From the NCBI RefSeq assembly GCF_004010195.1, contig NC_057720.1, forward strand, positions 5,174,611 to 5,194,610: a stretch of DNA of 20,000 nucleotides, read 5' to 3'. Position numbers and translations under genes: made by a program. Source of the DNA: Chiloscyllium plagiosum (taxonomy: Eukaryota). How positions within the stretch are numbered: position 1 is the first letter of the stretch; every line of letters begins with the position of its first letter. Below the pieces are notes generated by a model. That model had not been told where the DNA came from, did no database searches, and saw only the letters and a program-made list of their open reading frames with translations. Shown in pieces: positions 10,420 through 20,000 of the stretch.

Positions 10420-11152
10420 TGTTATGAACTTGAAAGCGTGTACTATACCTTTAAGAGACTGAATGCTGTTCTGCACTGAGAGCACCTGCTACATGACTAG
10501 CTTGCAGTCTCAGTGTACCGGAAAATTAAAAATATATAACATTTGGCTGTGAAATGAATACCCGAGTTGGTTGCTGTTTTGACAACAATTTGAATTTAAC
10601 CCATTTAAATTATGCCCCAGAATACTAAAACCCAATTGAACTTGAATTAATTGTTTTGCAAACCTCAAACCAATGGGACGATCCAATGTTGGAGGTATGA
10701 GAGAGGAAGGCAGTTTGAAAGTCAGACAGAGAGTAACTGCCATCGAGAAAGACCAAGATACTGAAACACTTTCTATCAAAAGTACCTTTTCATATGAAAC
10801 ATATTCGCAGTAAAAGAAAGGCAATGACTCAGGGAGATCTTCAGCTGAAGGAAGACAGATACTGCGGATGACAGCCGCTGTATGGTTTTGAAATCAAGTT
10901 GATAGAATTTTAATAAGTATTTTATCAGAACAGTATATTGTTATACAATTGGAGGTAGATAATAAGCAGCTAAGAGAATGAGGAGCTTAGAGTTGTGAAT
11001 TGTTGTTTAATGTTCACTTTTACAGTTCAAGAATAAATTGATATTTTCTTTAAATAGTGGAACTTGAAAGATTTTAACAGATTACAAGGCAAGGTGAGCT
11101 TTTCTGGGTGTCTGGTTTAATTAACAGAAGGGTTCACCTCTGTGGCGTAACA
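10420..11152 (+). mobile_element. Solo LTR (Gypsy or ERV class I type), 733 bp
   Basis: TGTTATG...CGTAACA termini, 4-bp TSD GTAA (10416-10419 and 11153-11156) and AATAAA at 11032-11037. Removal restores the LINE endonuclease region. Confidence 0.85.
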
Positions 11153-11622
11153 GTAATGAATATTGAAATCCCCCACCCTGAATACACTTTGCTCCCTTGC
11201 AACCCTCAGTATTTTCTCCAGGTGTTGTTCAACGTGGAGGAACACTCACTCATCAACTGAGGGAGGACATTACGTATCTTGTTTTACTGCCTTGCCAATC
11301 CTCCTCTGTGCAGCACCTATTGCTTCCTTGCTCAGCTTTTCGCCTCTCCAAGCTATTGCTCACAATGTGTGTGTGTTCAGGAGAAGGAAGCAGCAGGGGA
11401 ACAGAGGGATCAGTAAGCAGGAGGGAAGTAGAAGGAGCACATTTCTTTCATTTTTAAAAACGTACTTGAAGTCCACATACAAATGGAGGAATTTAGGAAT
11501 ATACAAAATATTTCAGTTTGCAGGGTTTGCTCCCCCCCCCACCACCCAAGACAAGTCTTACAGATCTTAACTATAGGTTTTACATTGCTGGCATCGGGAA
11601 AATCCGGTGTGCTTCATGATGT

Positions 11623-12160
11623 CAATGTCAATGTCAAAACGTGTGGCGCTGGAAAAGCGCAGCAGGTCAGGCAGCATCCGGGGAGCAGGAGAGTCGACAT
11701 TGTAGACACAAGCCCTTCACCGTGAGTGAGAGAGTGCGAGAGAGTGAGTGCGATTGGGGGGCAGGGGAGCTGAGAGATAAATAGAGGGTCGAAGAGGAGC
11801 TGGGGCAAGGTAGCTGGGAAGTCAATAGGTAGATGCCGGTAGAGGGGTAACAGTGATAACATTGGTAAGTAAGGTGCAGTGGATAAGTGGGAAGGAAGAT
11901 GGACAGGTAGAACAGGTCAAGTGGGCAGTGCTGAGTTGGAGGGTTGGATCTGGGTTGAGGTGGAAAGAGGGGAGATTTGGAAACTGGTGAAATCGACGTT
12001 GATGCACTGTGGTTGAAGGGTCCCAAGTTCACTCTCCTGCTGAAGGGCCTATGCCCGAAATGGTGACTCTCCTGCTCCTCAGATGCTGCCTGACCATTTC
12101 TTTTCCAATGCTACACTTTTAGATTCTGACTCTCCAGCATCTGCAGTCCTTATTTTCTCC
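11623..12160. mobile_element. Neptune-type PLE fragment: long inverted arm (3' UTR and ORF end) plus forward terminal repeat with tail
   Basis: 11633-11710 is inverted relative to about 12040-12125. The minus strand near 11980-12027 encodes an LGTLQPQCINVDFT-type C-terminus. Probable TSD cttcatgatgt/cttcatgctgt (11612-11622 and 12160-12170). Degenerate HHR CTGCTGA-A-GGGC-CTAT-GCCC-GAAA at 12037-12060. Confidence 0.85.
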
Positions 12161-13041
12161 TTCATGCTGTTACACTTAAAGTTGCACTCTTCCGGAGTGC
12201 AAATTGAACATTAAATGAGGATTTTTTTTAATTCTTTATAGTCGTGACATCAGGAAACACTGATCAGCAGAGATCTGATTCAGGGTGGGAATGGTTTTGT
12301 TTGCTGGCTTGGTTTCAGCTTTCACATTATTTGCCTCGGAGATTGAGAGTAAGGGTCAGAGTGGAAAGGCCATATTAGTCAGTTAAGTTGTACCTTGTGC
12401 AGCTGTTTTGAGTTGTTCTGGTGGGTCAGACTGCATTGTTGTTTGAGATGTGAATTCCATAGTATTTGCAAGTTGAAACATTTATTTTGTGTAAAAATAA
12501 GCTTTTTCTTGAAACAAGCTGTTATATTTAATTTGCAGAGAATTCAAACTGCATCAAATGGCTCAATTAATTAAAAAATGCTTAGCTTACAAATCTGGAG
12601 TGAATAGTTTGATATTATTAAACCATGCAGTTAAGACAGCTGAGCTAGTTCAAGCTTTAAAAGGAAATGGTCTTTGAAGCTTTGTTGTATTTTTGACGTA
12701 TCAGAGGCTGACCTTTTCACCATCGCCTTGTACTTAAGTTGGCAAAAAGCCAAAAGCCAGAATTCACGAAAGGCACCTCTACATTAACTAACATTACATC
12801 CCTCTGAAAATTAAACCACATTGCAACAGGGCAAATCCTTACAAGGAGTGGTTTCAGAAAGGAATGACAAAAGGTACAGAAGAAAGCATAGCTTAGTTAT
12901 CATACTATCACCAAAATTACCACGAAGTGACCTAGTATTCCCTCCATACTTCCATAAAAATGTGTCAGTACAAAGATGTTCAGAAGCTTTAATCTACATT
13001 TGTATTTCTTTTGTTTATTTATCATGGGGCAGCATACTTAC

Positions 13042-13170
13042 TTTCTGTTTGTCCAGTATTTTCATGGCATAGTACTGTTCTGTTCCTTTATGTTTCACCA
13101 ACATAACTCTTCCAAAAGAACCCGTTCCAAGTGTTTTTTGCCTTTCAAAGTCATCTAGGCCTGCAGTGTT
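13042..13170 (-). CDS. PRKACB: PKA catalytic subunit beta, internal coding exon (equivalent to mammalian exon 3), [43 protein letters not shown]
   Basis: Manual minus-strand translation shows the kinase GTGSFG loop and YAMK catalytic Lys. The exon is 129 nt, phase 0/0, with acceptor TTTTTCCATATCTTTCAG and donor AAA|GTAAGT. AGL.DFER.K and TEQYYAMK match C-beta rather than C-alpha (TGNHYAMK). Confidence 0.96.
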
Positions 13171-13634
13171 CTGAAAGATATGGAAAAACAATTTGACTTG
13201 CTTTTAATGTTGTTCACTGCTACTTCATACTGGAATTGCCATTCAACATCCACATGGCCCAGTTTAGGTCCTAACCTACAGATTTTGTGAGGTGACTCCT
13301 CCTTTGAGTAGATGTGCACTGGAGGGAGAGAGGGAGGGAAAGACAGAAAAAAACATCCCCTCACAACTAAAGCAAAAAATCAGATGTTTTCTTCCCCTCA
13401 ATTTACATTCCAAGCCCCTCCTCTTCATTTAATTCCTTGCCAGAATACAATTCTCATAGTACACCAAGCATGTTACTCATATGTAAAGCTTTTCAGTGGC
13501 ATATTATTCAGTTATGCATAGCTGGATCTGATCTGGTCTCTGCTTTGTGCTCATGCTGAGGAGTGGGAATTTCATTAATGTTTTGCCAACAAATTTTATT
13601 TTCTATTCGTTCACAGTATAAGGATATCATTGAA

Positions 13635-13924
13635 GACTTCAGCATTTATTGGCTACCCCTAATTGGCAAGAGGTTAGTTGAGAGTCAACCACATTACTGT
13701 GGGTCTGAGTCACAAAGATCACACAAGATTGGCAGTTTCCTTCCCTAACCATCATTAGTGAACCAGGTGAGTTTTTTTCCCCAACAATCTTAATCGCAGA
13801 TTTTGTTTTTATTGAATTCAAATACCATCATCGCCATGGCAGGATTCGAACCCGAATCCCCAGATCATTTACTGGGTCTCGAGTTAACAGGTCAGCAATA
13901 ATACCACAAGGCCATCACCTCCCC
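13635..13924 (-). mobile_element. tRNA-derived SINE of a second family (SacSINE/Deu-SINE-like)
   Basis: Minus-strand A box TGGCCTTGTGG (13914-13904) and B box GGTTCGAATCC (13852-13842). The tail gcatttattg...cctaa is shared with the LINE tail at about 7880. Confidence 0.75.
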
Positions 13925-14274
13925 TTGATGTAGTTTGACCTGTTTGCTTACTGTAGGGCAATAGGGCAATCAAGACTAGTCTTGCACGGCATCCAAAATG
14001 GTTTTAAGATATATTCCAAATATTCTAACAGCAATATCATTAAAAGGAATAATTTCTCCTTCATAATCAAGACATGTGGAGGCCAGTTTTAGCACTTTCA
14101 TAATATAGGCTACCATCTGTAATTAAAATCTCTCTTTACCCATCTTTGCCTTTGCTTACGCTTCTGATTTCTATATGTATCAGAGTATGCCAGTACTGAA
14201 CATGCCTAATGAGGTACAGAGAAGTGTCAAATAAATTTTCTTCTACCTCTGGCATGAACATGAACAAACATCAG

Positions 14275-14470
14275 AGTATGTGAATTAAGAGCAGGAATAC
14301 GCTTTTTGGACCTTCAAGATTGTTCCACCATTTGATAACATCACAGCTAATCTGAATGCATTGTCAATCGCACTTTCCTGACTTTCTTGACTGACACCTT
14401 TTGTTCGTCAAGGATGTATTGACCACTGCCATAAAAATTTTCAATGACCAGCCTCTTGCCAGATATTACT
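14275..14470 (-). mobile_element. Old CR1 3' UTR remnant
   Basis: aattaagagcaggaatacgc...ccaccatttgataacatcacagctaatctg resembles a reversed CR1 tail; highly decayed. Confidence 0.4.
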
Positions 14471-14484
14471 TCATGCCCGTGAGA

Positions 14485-14829
14485 GAATCCATAAAATAGA
14501 ACCCCTACCGTGTGGAAACAGGCCATTCCGCCCATCAACTCTACACTGACTCTCTGAAGAGCATCCCACCAAACCCATCCCCCTGACCCTGTAACCCTGC
14601 ATTTCCCATGGCTAATCTACCTAGCCTGCACATCCCTGGAAATTGTGTACAACTTAGCGTGGCCAATCCTCCTAACGCAACAACTTTGATGATGGGTGGA
14701 AACCGGAGCACCCAGAGGAAACCCATTCAGACACTGAAGAATGTGCAAATTCCATACAGTCATCCAAGGGTGGATTTGAACCCAGGTCCCTTGGTTCCAT
14801 GAGGCAGCAATGCAAACCACATGCCGCCC
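14485..14829 (-). mobile_element. HE1/V-SINE-type tRNA SINE, older copy
   Basis: The reverse complement starts gggcggcatgtggtttgcattgctgcctca, with B box GGGTTCAAATCC, V-domain gggtttcctctgggtgctccggtttcc and tail ggcctgtttccacac. Homologous to 4839-5145. Confidence 0.88.
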
Positions 14830-14994
14830 AGAGATTATAAATTTATCTCTATCAAATATGGTGTAGATTCCAATTCTGGAAAGTACTTCAGCATTGTACT
14901 TAATGTCCATAAAGCAGCCGTGATGCCCAAATTTAACATGCACAACTTTCATTTACATTGAACAGGTTTTCACACTTTCATTCAGTCTGTAGGA

Positions 14995-15540
14995 ATCATC
15001 CCAAAATGCCAGTGAACCACCTTGCTCTCATGCCAACGGTTCTGTCCTGAGCCTGCTGCAATGCTCCAATGAAGCACAATGCAAGCTCAAGATACATCGC
15101 GTTTTCCACTAAGGCACTCTGAAGATTCATGGTCTGAACAGTGAATTCAACAACTTCAGAAACTGACAACTTCATATCTGGTCTCCATTTTTCTAAATTT
15201 GTCTCCACCACCATCACCTCCTTCCCCCTAAAAAAGAGTCCTGCTTATGTCTTACTTTGCACTTAGAAACAAGAACTAATTCTCTCCCTTTCACCCTCCT
15301 TATATCTCTATTCTCTCCTCTATTAACATCCCCTTTGTCTTTGGCAATGGGTCTCGAAAGCATCCGACCCGTAGTTCCTCCTCGGCCTCGGTCAGACGTA
15401 TAAAAAAAGAACTATTTTCCAACACCTTTCAGTTCTGAATTCATACCAGGCTCAAAACCCTCTTCCCACAGATGCTGTCAGGCCTAAGTTTCGAACATTC
15501 TGTGCTTATTTCAGATTTCCAGCACCTACAGAATTTATTT
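14995..15540 (+). mobile_element. Old Neptune-type PLE 3' fragment
   Basis: A decayed ORF end (ggcactctgaagattcatggtctgaacagtgaattcaacaacttc, GTL..HGLN.EFNNF) and the tail cagatgctgtcag...atttcagatttccagcacctacag, similar to the ctccagcatctgcag tails elsewhere. Confidence 0.6.
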
Positions 15541-15606
15541 CACATTATCAAGATTAATTTAAACAGAAGAATCCAAAAATTAAAAGGGTAAAGTCTGACC
15601 TACTAT

Positions 15607-16545
15607 GAGAATGTAAGATGGAGATCAGAGTCGAATCCAGGATGGGGGGTTGGGGGGGTGCGGCGGGGAAGGTGGGTGGAGTGGATAGGTGGGAAGGAAG
15701 ATGGAGAGGTAGGACAGTTCAAAAGCGTCAAGTTGAAGGATTGGATCTGGGATGGGGTAGGGGGAGAGGAGGGGAAATGAGGAAATTGGTGAAATCAACA
15801 TTGATACCATATGGTCGGAGGGTCCCAAAGCGAAAGATGAAGCATTCTTTTTCCAGGCATTAGGTGGATTGGATTTGGCGGTGGAGGGGCTCCAGGACAT
15901 GCATGTCTTTGGCAGAGTGGGAGGGCGACTTGAAGTGGTTGGCCAAAGAGTGGTGGGATTGTTTGGTGAGTCTGTCCCAGAGATATTTCCCGAGACGTTC
16001 CCTGAGATGGCGTCCTGTCTCCCCAGTGTAAAGGATACCACAACAAGAGCAACAGACACAGTAGATGAGGTCTTTGGATGTGCAGGAAAATCTCTGCTGG
16101 ATGTGGAAGGATCTTCTGGGGCCTTGGACAGAGGTGTGGACACAAGTTTTACACCTCTTGCGGTGGCAAGGGAATGTGCTGGGAGGGGAGGGCGGGTTGG
16201 TGGGGTGTGTGCACCTAACAAGGGAGTAATGGAGGGAATGGTTTCTGTGGAATGCTGATGGGGTGCGGAGGGAAATATATCTCTGCTTCTGGGATTTGAT
16301 TGTAGGTGGCAAAAATGGTTAAGGATAATGCATTAATCTGGAGATTAGTGGGGTAGAAGGTGAGGACTAGGGGGGTTCCTATCCTTGTCACGATTGGAGA
16401 TGGGGTTCAAGGGTGGAGATGCGGGAAGTGAAGGAGATGCACTGGAGGGCATTGTTGATCACATGGGAGGGGAAATTGCAGTCTTTGAAGTAGCAGGCTA
16501 TCTGGGATGTTCTGGAGTGGAATTGTTCCTCCTGGGAACTTATAG
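15607..16545 (-). mobile_element. Neptune-type PLE fragment with a Cys-rich linker and GIY-YIG endonuclease
   Basis: ORF 15860-16312 reads TFPCHRKRCKTC...FSCTSKDLIYCVCCSCCGILYTGETGRHLRERL...HF...H. The 3' UTR is homologous to 11810-12027. Confidence 0.9.
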
Positions 16546-16549
16546 GAGT

Positions 16550-17310
16550 GAGGAGAGAAATATATCTCTGGTGCTGGGGTCTGATTGTTGGTGGCAGAAA
16601 TGGCAGAGGATAACATGCTGTATCCGGAGATTAGTGGGGTGGAAGGTGAGGACGAGGGGGTGCAAATCTGCACCCACACCTCCCCCCTCACTTCTGCCCA
16701 AGGCCCCAAAGGATCCTTCCACATCTGGCAAAGACTTTCCTGCACAACCAAACACCTTATCTACTGTGTCCGTTGCTCTCGATGTGGTGTGCTCTACACT
16801 GAGGAGACAGGATGCCAACTCGCGGAACATCTCTGGGACACAGGCACCAAACAACCTCACCACCTGTGGCTGACCACTTCAACTTCCCTTCCCATTCCTC
16901 AAGTCCTGAGCCGCCTCCACTGCCAAATCCAACCCACCTGACGCCAGGAGGAAGAATGCCTCATCGTCCACTTTGGGACCCTCCAATCACACGACATCAA
17001 TGCCGATTTCACCATTTTCCTCATCTCCCCATCCCAGATTCAAGCTGGCACTACCCTCTTGAACTGTCCTATCTGTTCATCTTCCTTTCCACCTATCCGT
17101 CCACTCACCCCTCCGACCTATCAGCATCACCCCCAACCTGTATCTACCTATTGTCTTTCCAACTACCTTCCCCCACCCTCACCCGATTTATCTCTCAGCC
17201 TCTTTCCCCACATTCCTGATAAAGGGCTTATGCCTGAAATGTTGATTCTCCTGCTCCTCAGATGCTGCCCGACCTGCTGTGTACTTCCAGTACCACACTT
17301 TTCAACTCTG
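16550..17310 (+). mobile_element. Second Neptune-type PLE copy with a 5' inversion (16557-16660 inverted; 16661-17310 forward)
   Basis: The forward part reads QGPKGSFHIWQRLSCTTKHLIYCVRCSRCGVLYTEETG and ends in a terminal repeat with the degenerate HHR CTGATAA-A-GGGC-TTAT-GCCT-GAAA (17216-17239). Confidence 0.88.
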
Positions 17311-17339
17311 TCCAGTTTACCATTGGAAGGTGTCAGAGC

Positions 17340-19235
17340 AATGTCAGGAGACATATGACTGGCAGCTTAACATTCCTAGCTATCGCTGTTTTAAATGGGA
17401 CAGTAAGGGAAACAAAAGGGGTGGGGGAGTCGCACTGCTGTTTAGGGATCACATCACAGCTGTGTTCAGGGAGGACACATTGGAAGGATCTTTCAGTGAG
17501 GCATTATGGATGCAGCTCAGGAATAGAAAAGGGTCACAATATTGGGAGTTGTCTATAGACCTCCCAACAGGCCAAGGATGACGGAGGAGCACATATGCAG
17601 TCAGATACTTGAAAGGAGTGGTAAAAAGCAGGGTGGTTATGGTGGGTAACTTCAACTTTCCACATTATTGGCTGAGAATCCCGTACAGCCAGGGGCGAAG
17701 ATGGAGAGCAGTTTGTTAGGTGTGTCCACCAAATTTGTAAAAAACTAAAATCACATGGGATTCAGAGTGGGCTGGCTAGCCGGATACAAAACTGGCTTGG
17801 TCATAGAAGATAGGAAGGTAGCAATGGAAGGGTGTTTTTCAGAATGGAGACCGGGTAATTAGTAGTATTTCACAGGGATCAGTCTTAGATCCTCTGTTGT
17901 TTGTAATATATATAAATGTTCTGGAAGAAAATGTGGGTGAACTGATTCGGATAGCGCAGATGATTGTGAAAGGATAAAAGCGGATATAGATAGATAGAAC
18001 AGTAAGCACAATACAGACCCTTCAGCCCACGATGTTGTACCGAGTATTTATCTTAATCTAAGATCAACCTAGCCGACACACCCCTCAATTTACTGCCGTC
18101 CATGTGCTTGTCCAGTAGTTGCTTAAATGTCCCTAATATCTCTGACTCTACCACCACCACCACTCGCAGTGCATTCCACGCACCCAGTACTCTGTGCGTA
18201 AAGAACCTACCTCTGACATCTCCCCATATCTTCCTCCAATCACCTTAAGATTATGACCCCAGTTGACAGTCATTTTTGGCCTGGGGAAAGTCTCTGGGTA
18301 TCTACTCTGCCTCTCATTACCTTGTACACCTCTATCAAGTCACCTCTCTTCCTCCTCCTCGCCAGTGTGAAAAGTCCTAGCTCACTCAACCTCTCTTTCT
18401 AAGACAAGCCCTCCAATCCATTGATGTCTCGGGCACAGAAATGGCAGGATGGAGTTTAAGCTAGACAAATGAGAGATGATGAATTTTGGAGTATCAAGTT
18501 TAGGTGTGAATTATATTGTAAATGACAGAATCCTTGGAACAATAACATACAGGCGAATCTGGGTATGCAGGTCCACAGTTCTGTAAGAGTGGCCAAGGTA
18601 ATTAAGAAGGCATATGGCATACTTGCCGTTATCAGCCAGGGCATAAAGTACAGAGTTGGCAAACCATGTTGCAGCTTTTTAAAACCCTTGTCAATCCGCA
18701 TTTGGAGCATTGTGTGCAGTTTTGATCACCACACCTACCAGAAGGATGTGGAAGCTTTGGAGAGAGTACAGAGAAGGTTCACCATGATGTTGCCTGGTCT
18801 CGAAGGCATTGGCTATGAGGAAGGTTACAAAGACTAGGGTTGTTTTCACCGGGAAGATGACCGCTGAGAGGAGACCTGATAGAAGTCTACACAATTATGA
18901 GGCAGAGATAGAGTGGATAGTCAGAGGCTTTTTCTCAGGTTGCAGTTTCAATTACAAGAGGGTACAGGTTCAAGGTGAGAGTGGGGAAGTTTAAGGGAGA
19001 TATGCGAGGAAAGCTTTTCAAGCAGAAAGTGGTAGGAGCCTGGAACGCATTGCTGGAAAAGGTGGTGCACATTGGCCACATTTAAGAGGCATCTGGATGT
19101 TTATATGAAGAGGGAGGGAAGACAGGGATACAGACTGAACAAGAGCAGGTTTGTTTTTTAGTGAGGACATAATGATCGGCACAGGCTTGGAGGGCTGAAG
19201 GGCCTGTTCCTGAGCTGTACTTCTCTTTTGTTCTT
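17340..19235 (+). mobile_element. Old internally deleted CR1 LINE (endonuclease, RT, 3' tail), interrupted at 17995-18420
   Basis: DWQLNIPSYRCFKWDSKGNKRGGGVALL, a GNFNFP motif, a QGSVL remnant, [18 protein letters not shown] and the tail ggctgaagggcctgttcctgagctgtac. Confidence 0.85.
17995..18420 (-). mobile_element. CR1 3' fragment inserted antisense into the older CR1
   Basis: Begins tagaacagtaagcacaatacagacccttcagccc (reversed tail) and is homologous to 19516-19950. The host CR1 continues across it (gatatagataga|ttgatgtctcgggcacagaaatggcag). Confidence 0.82.
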
Positions 19236-19515
19236 TATTTTAATCTATACAAAATGAGGTACATAGCTCCAACATAAAGTCAGAATTACAAATGTAGCTT
19301 GGAGCAGGTGCTGTGCTTTAGGATAACCGTAAAAAGCCATCCAACAAAGTTTCCAAGCCATTCAAAAGTGATACTCAGAGCATAAAAATAAATTAATAGC
19401 ATAACTAGAAACTTATGAAAACACTACTTAGTGCTCACAGTCAGTCACCTTTACAAAATTGATTTCACCAACTGTGCAATGTTAAAAGATTAAATGGGAA
19501 TAGCTCTCTGGACAT

Positions 19516-20000
19516 TAGAACATAGAACATAGAAGAATACAGCGCAGTACAGGCCCTTTGGCCCTCGATGTTGCGCCGATCCAAGCCCACCTAACCTACA
19601 CTAACCCACTATCCTCCATATACCTATCCAATGCCCGCTTAAATGCCCATAAAGAGGGAGAGTCCACCACTGCTACTGGCAGGGCATTCCATGAACTTAC
19701 GACTCGCTGAGTGAAGAACCTACCCCTAACTTCAATCCTATATCTACCCCCCCTTAATTTAAAGCTATGCCCCCTTGTAATACCCGACTCCATACGCGGG
19801 AAAAGGTTCACACTGTCAACCCTATCTAACCCCCTAATCATCTTGTACACCTCAATCAAGTCACCCCAAACCTTCTTTTCTCTAATGAAAACAGCCCCAA
19901 GTGTCTCAGTCTTTCCTCATACGATCTTCCTTCCATACCAGGCAACATCCTGGTAAACCTCCTCTGCACCCGTTCCAGTGCCTCCACATCCTTCCTAAAG
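19516..20000 (-). mobile_element. Relatively young CR1 LINE 3' end, running off the window
   Basis: ORF 19596-19859 reads IEVYKMIRGLDRV...TRGHSFKL...FFTQRVVSSWNALP...FKRALD. It has a (TTCTATG)n tail and retained CpGs. Confidence 0.93.

Larger units (their letters stand above)
7840..11270 (-). mobile_element. Old CR1/L2-group LINE (APE endonuclease to RT to 3' UTR), interrupted by a MITE and a solo LTR
   Basis: Minus-strand remnants appear in the correct order: LHVEQHLEKILRVAREQSVFRVGDFN (APE, about 11165-11240), GPDNIAAIVLKTCVPELA (9636), GVPQGIVLGPTIFSYFINDLP (about 9120), ILGVTID and KLDTIQN, then the 3' tail. Confidence 0.88.
1824..13041 (-). other. PRKACB: PRKACB intron (11,218 nt, GT-AG)
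   Basis: Bounded by the GTAAGT donor at 13041 and the TAG acceptor at 1824, joining two consecutive PKA-C exons in frame. Confidence 0.92.

Noticed and set aside
12713..12803. Possible 91-nt cryptic exon on the minus strand (TTTTCAG|...AAG|GTCAGC)
   Set aside because: It has a short pyrimidine tract, a weak donor, an in-frame stop and no PKA similarity; such sites are expected by chance.
15625..17219. Overlapping 100-200 aa ORFs on both strands as genes
   Set aside because: They are alternative frames and antisense readings of two decayed PLE copies.
13171..20000. Upstream PRKACB exon (VKEFLAKAKEDF...); also the downstream exon (DNSNLYMV...) sought in 1-1724
   Set aside because: Neither was found by eye; both probably lie outside the window.

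Overview
Eukaryotic genomic DNA, most likely from an elasmobranch (shark/ray); this is inferred from HE1-type tRNA-SINEs and shark-type CR1 LINEs. The window lies inside a minus-strand PKA catalytic subunit beta gene (PRKACB). Two coding exons are present: 13170-13042 (129 nt, Gly-rich loop and catalytic Lys) and 1823-1725 (99 nt, alphaC helix). They are separated by an 11.2 kb GT-AG intron. Most of the rest is nested transposon debris: CR1 LINEs, a second CR1/L2-group LINE carrying a TA-flanked MITE and a solo LTR, tRNA-SINEs, and many Penelope-like elements (PLEs). The most striking signal is a set of PLE-derived insertions from three families that share one architecture: an inverted arm, a forward arm and a ~34-nt tail. 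They carry minimal hammerhead-ribozyme (HHR) motifs, and in three of them the inversion point sits at the ribozyme. One is a 209-nt ORF-less palindrome with a perfect 15-bp target-site duplication (TSD). Another holds an intact HHR on the PRKACB pre-mRNA strand. Repeat family names come from recognition of motifs, not from a database search, and the boundaries of old repeats are approximate.
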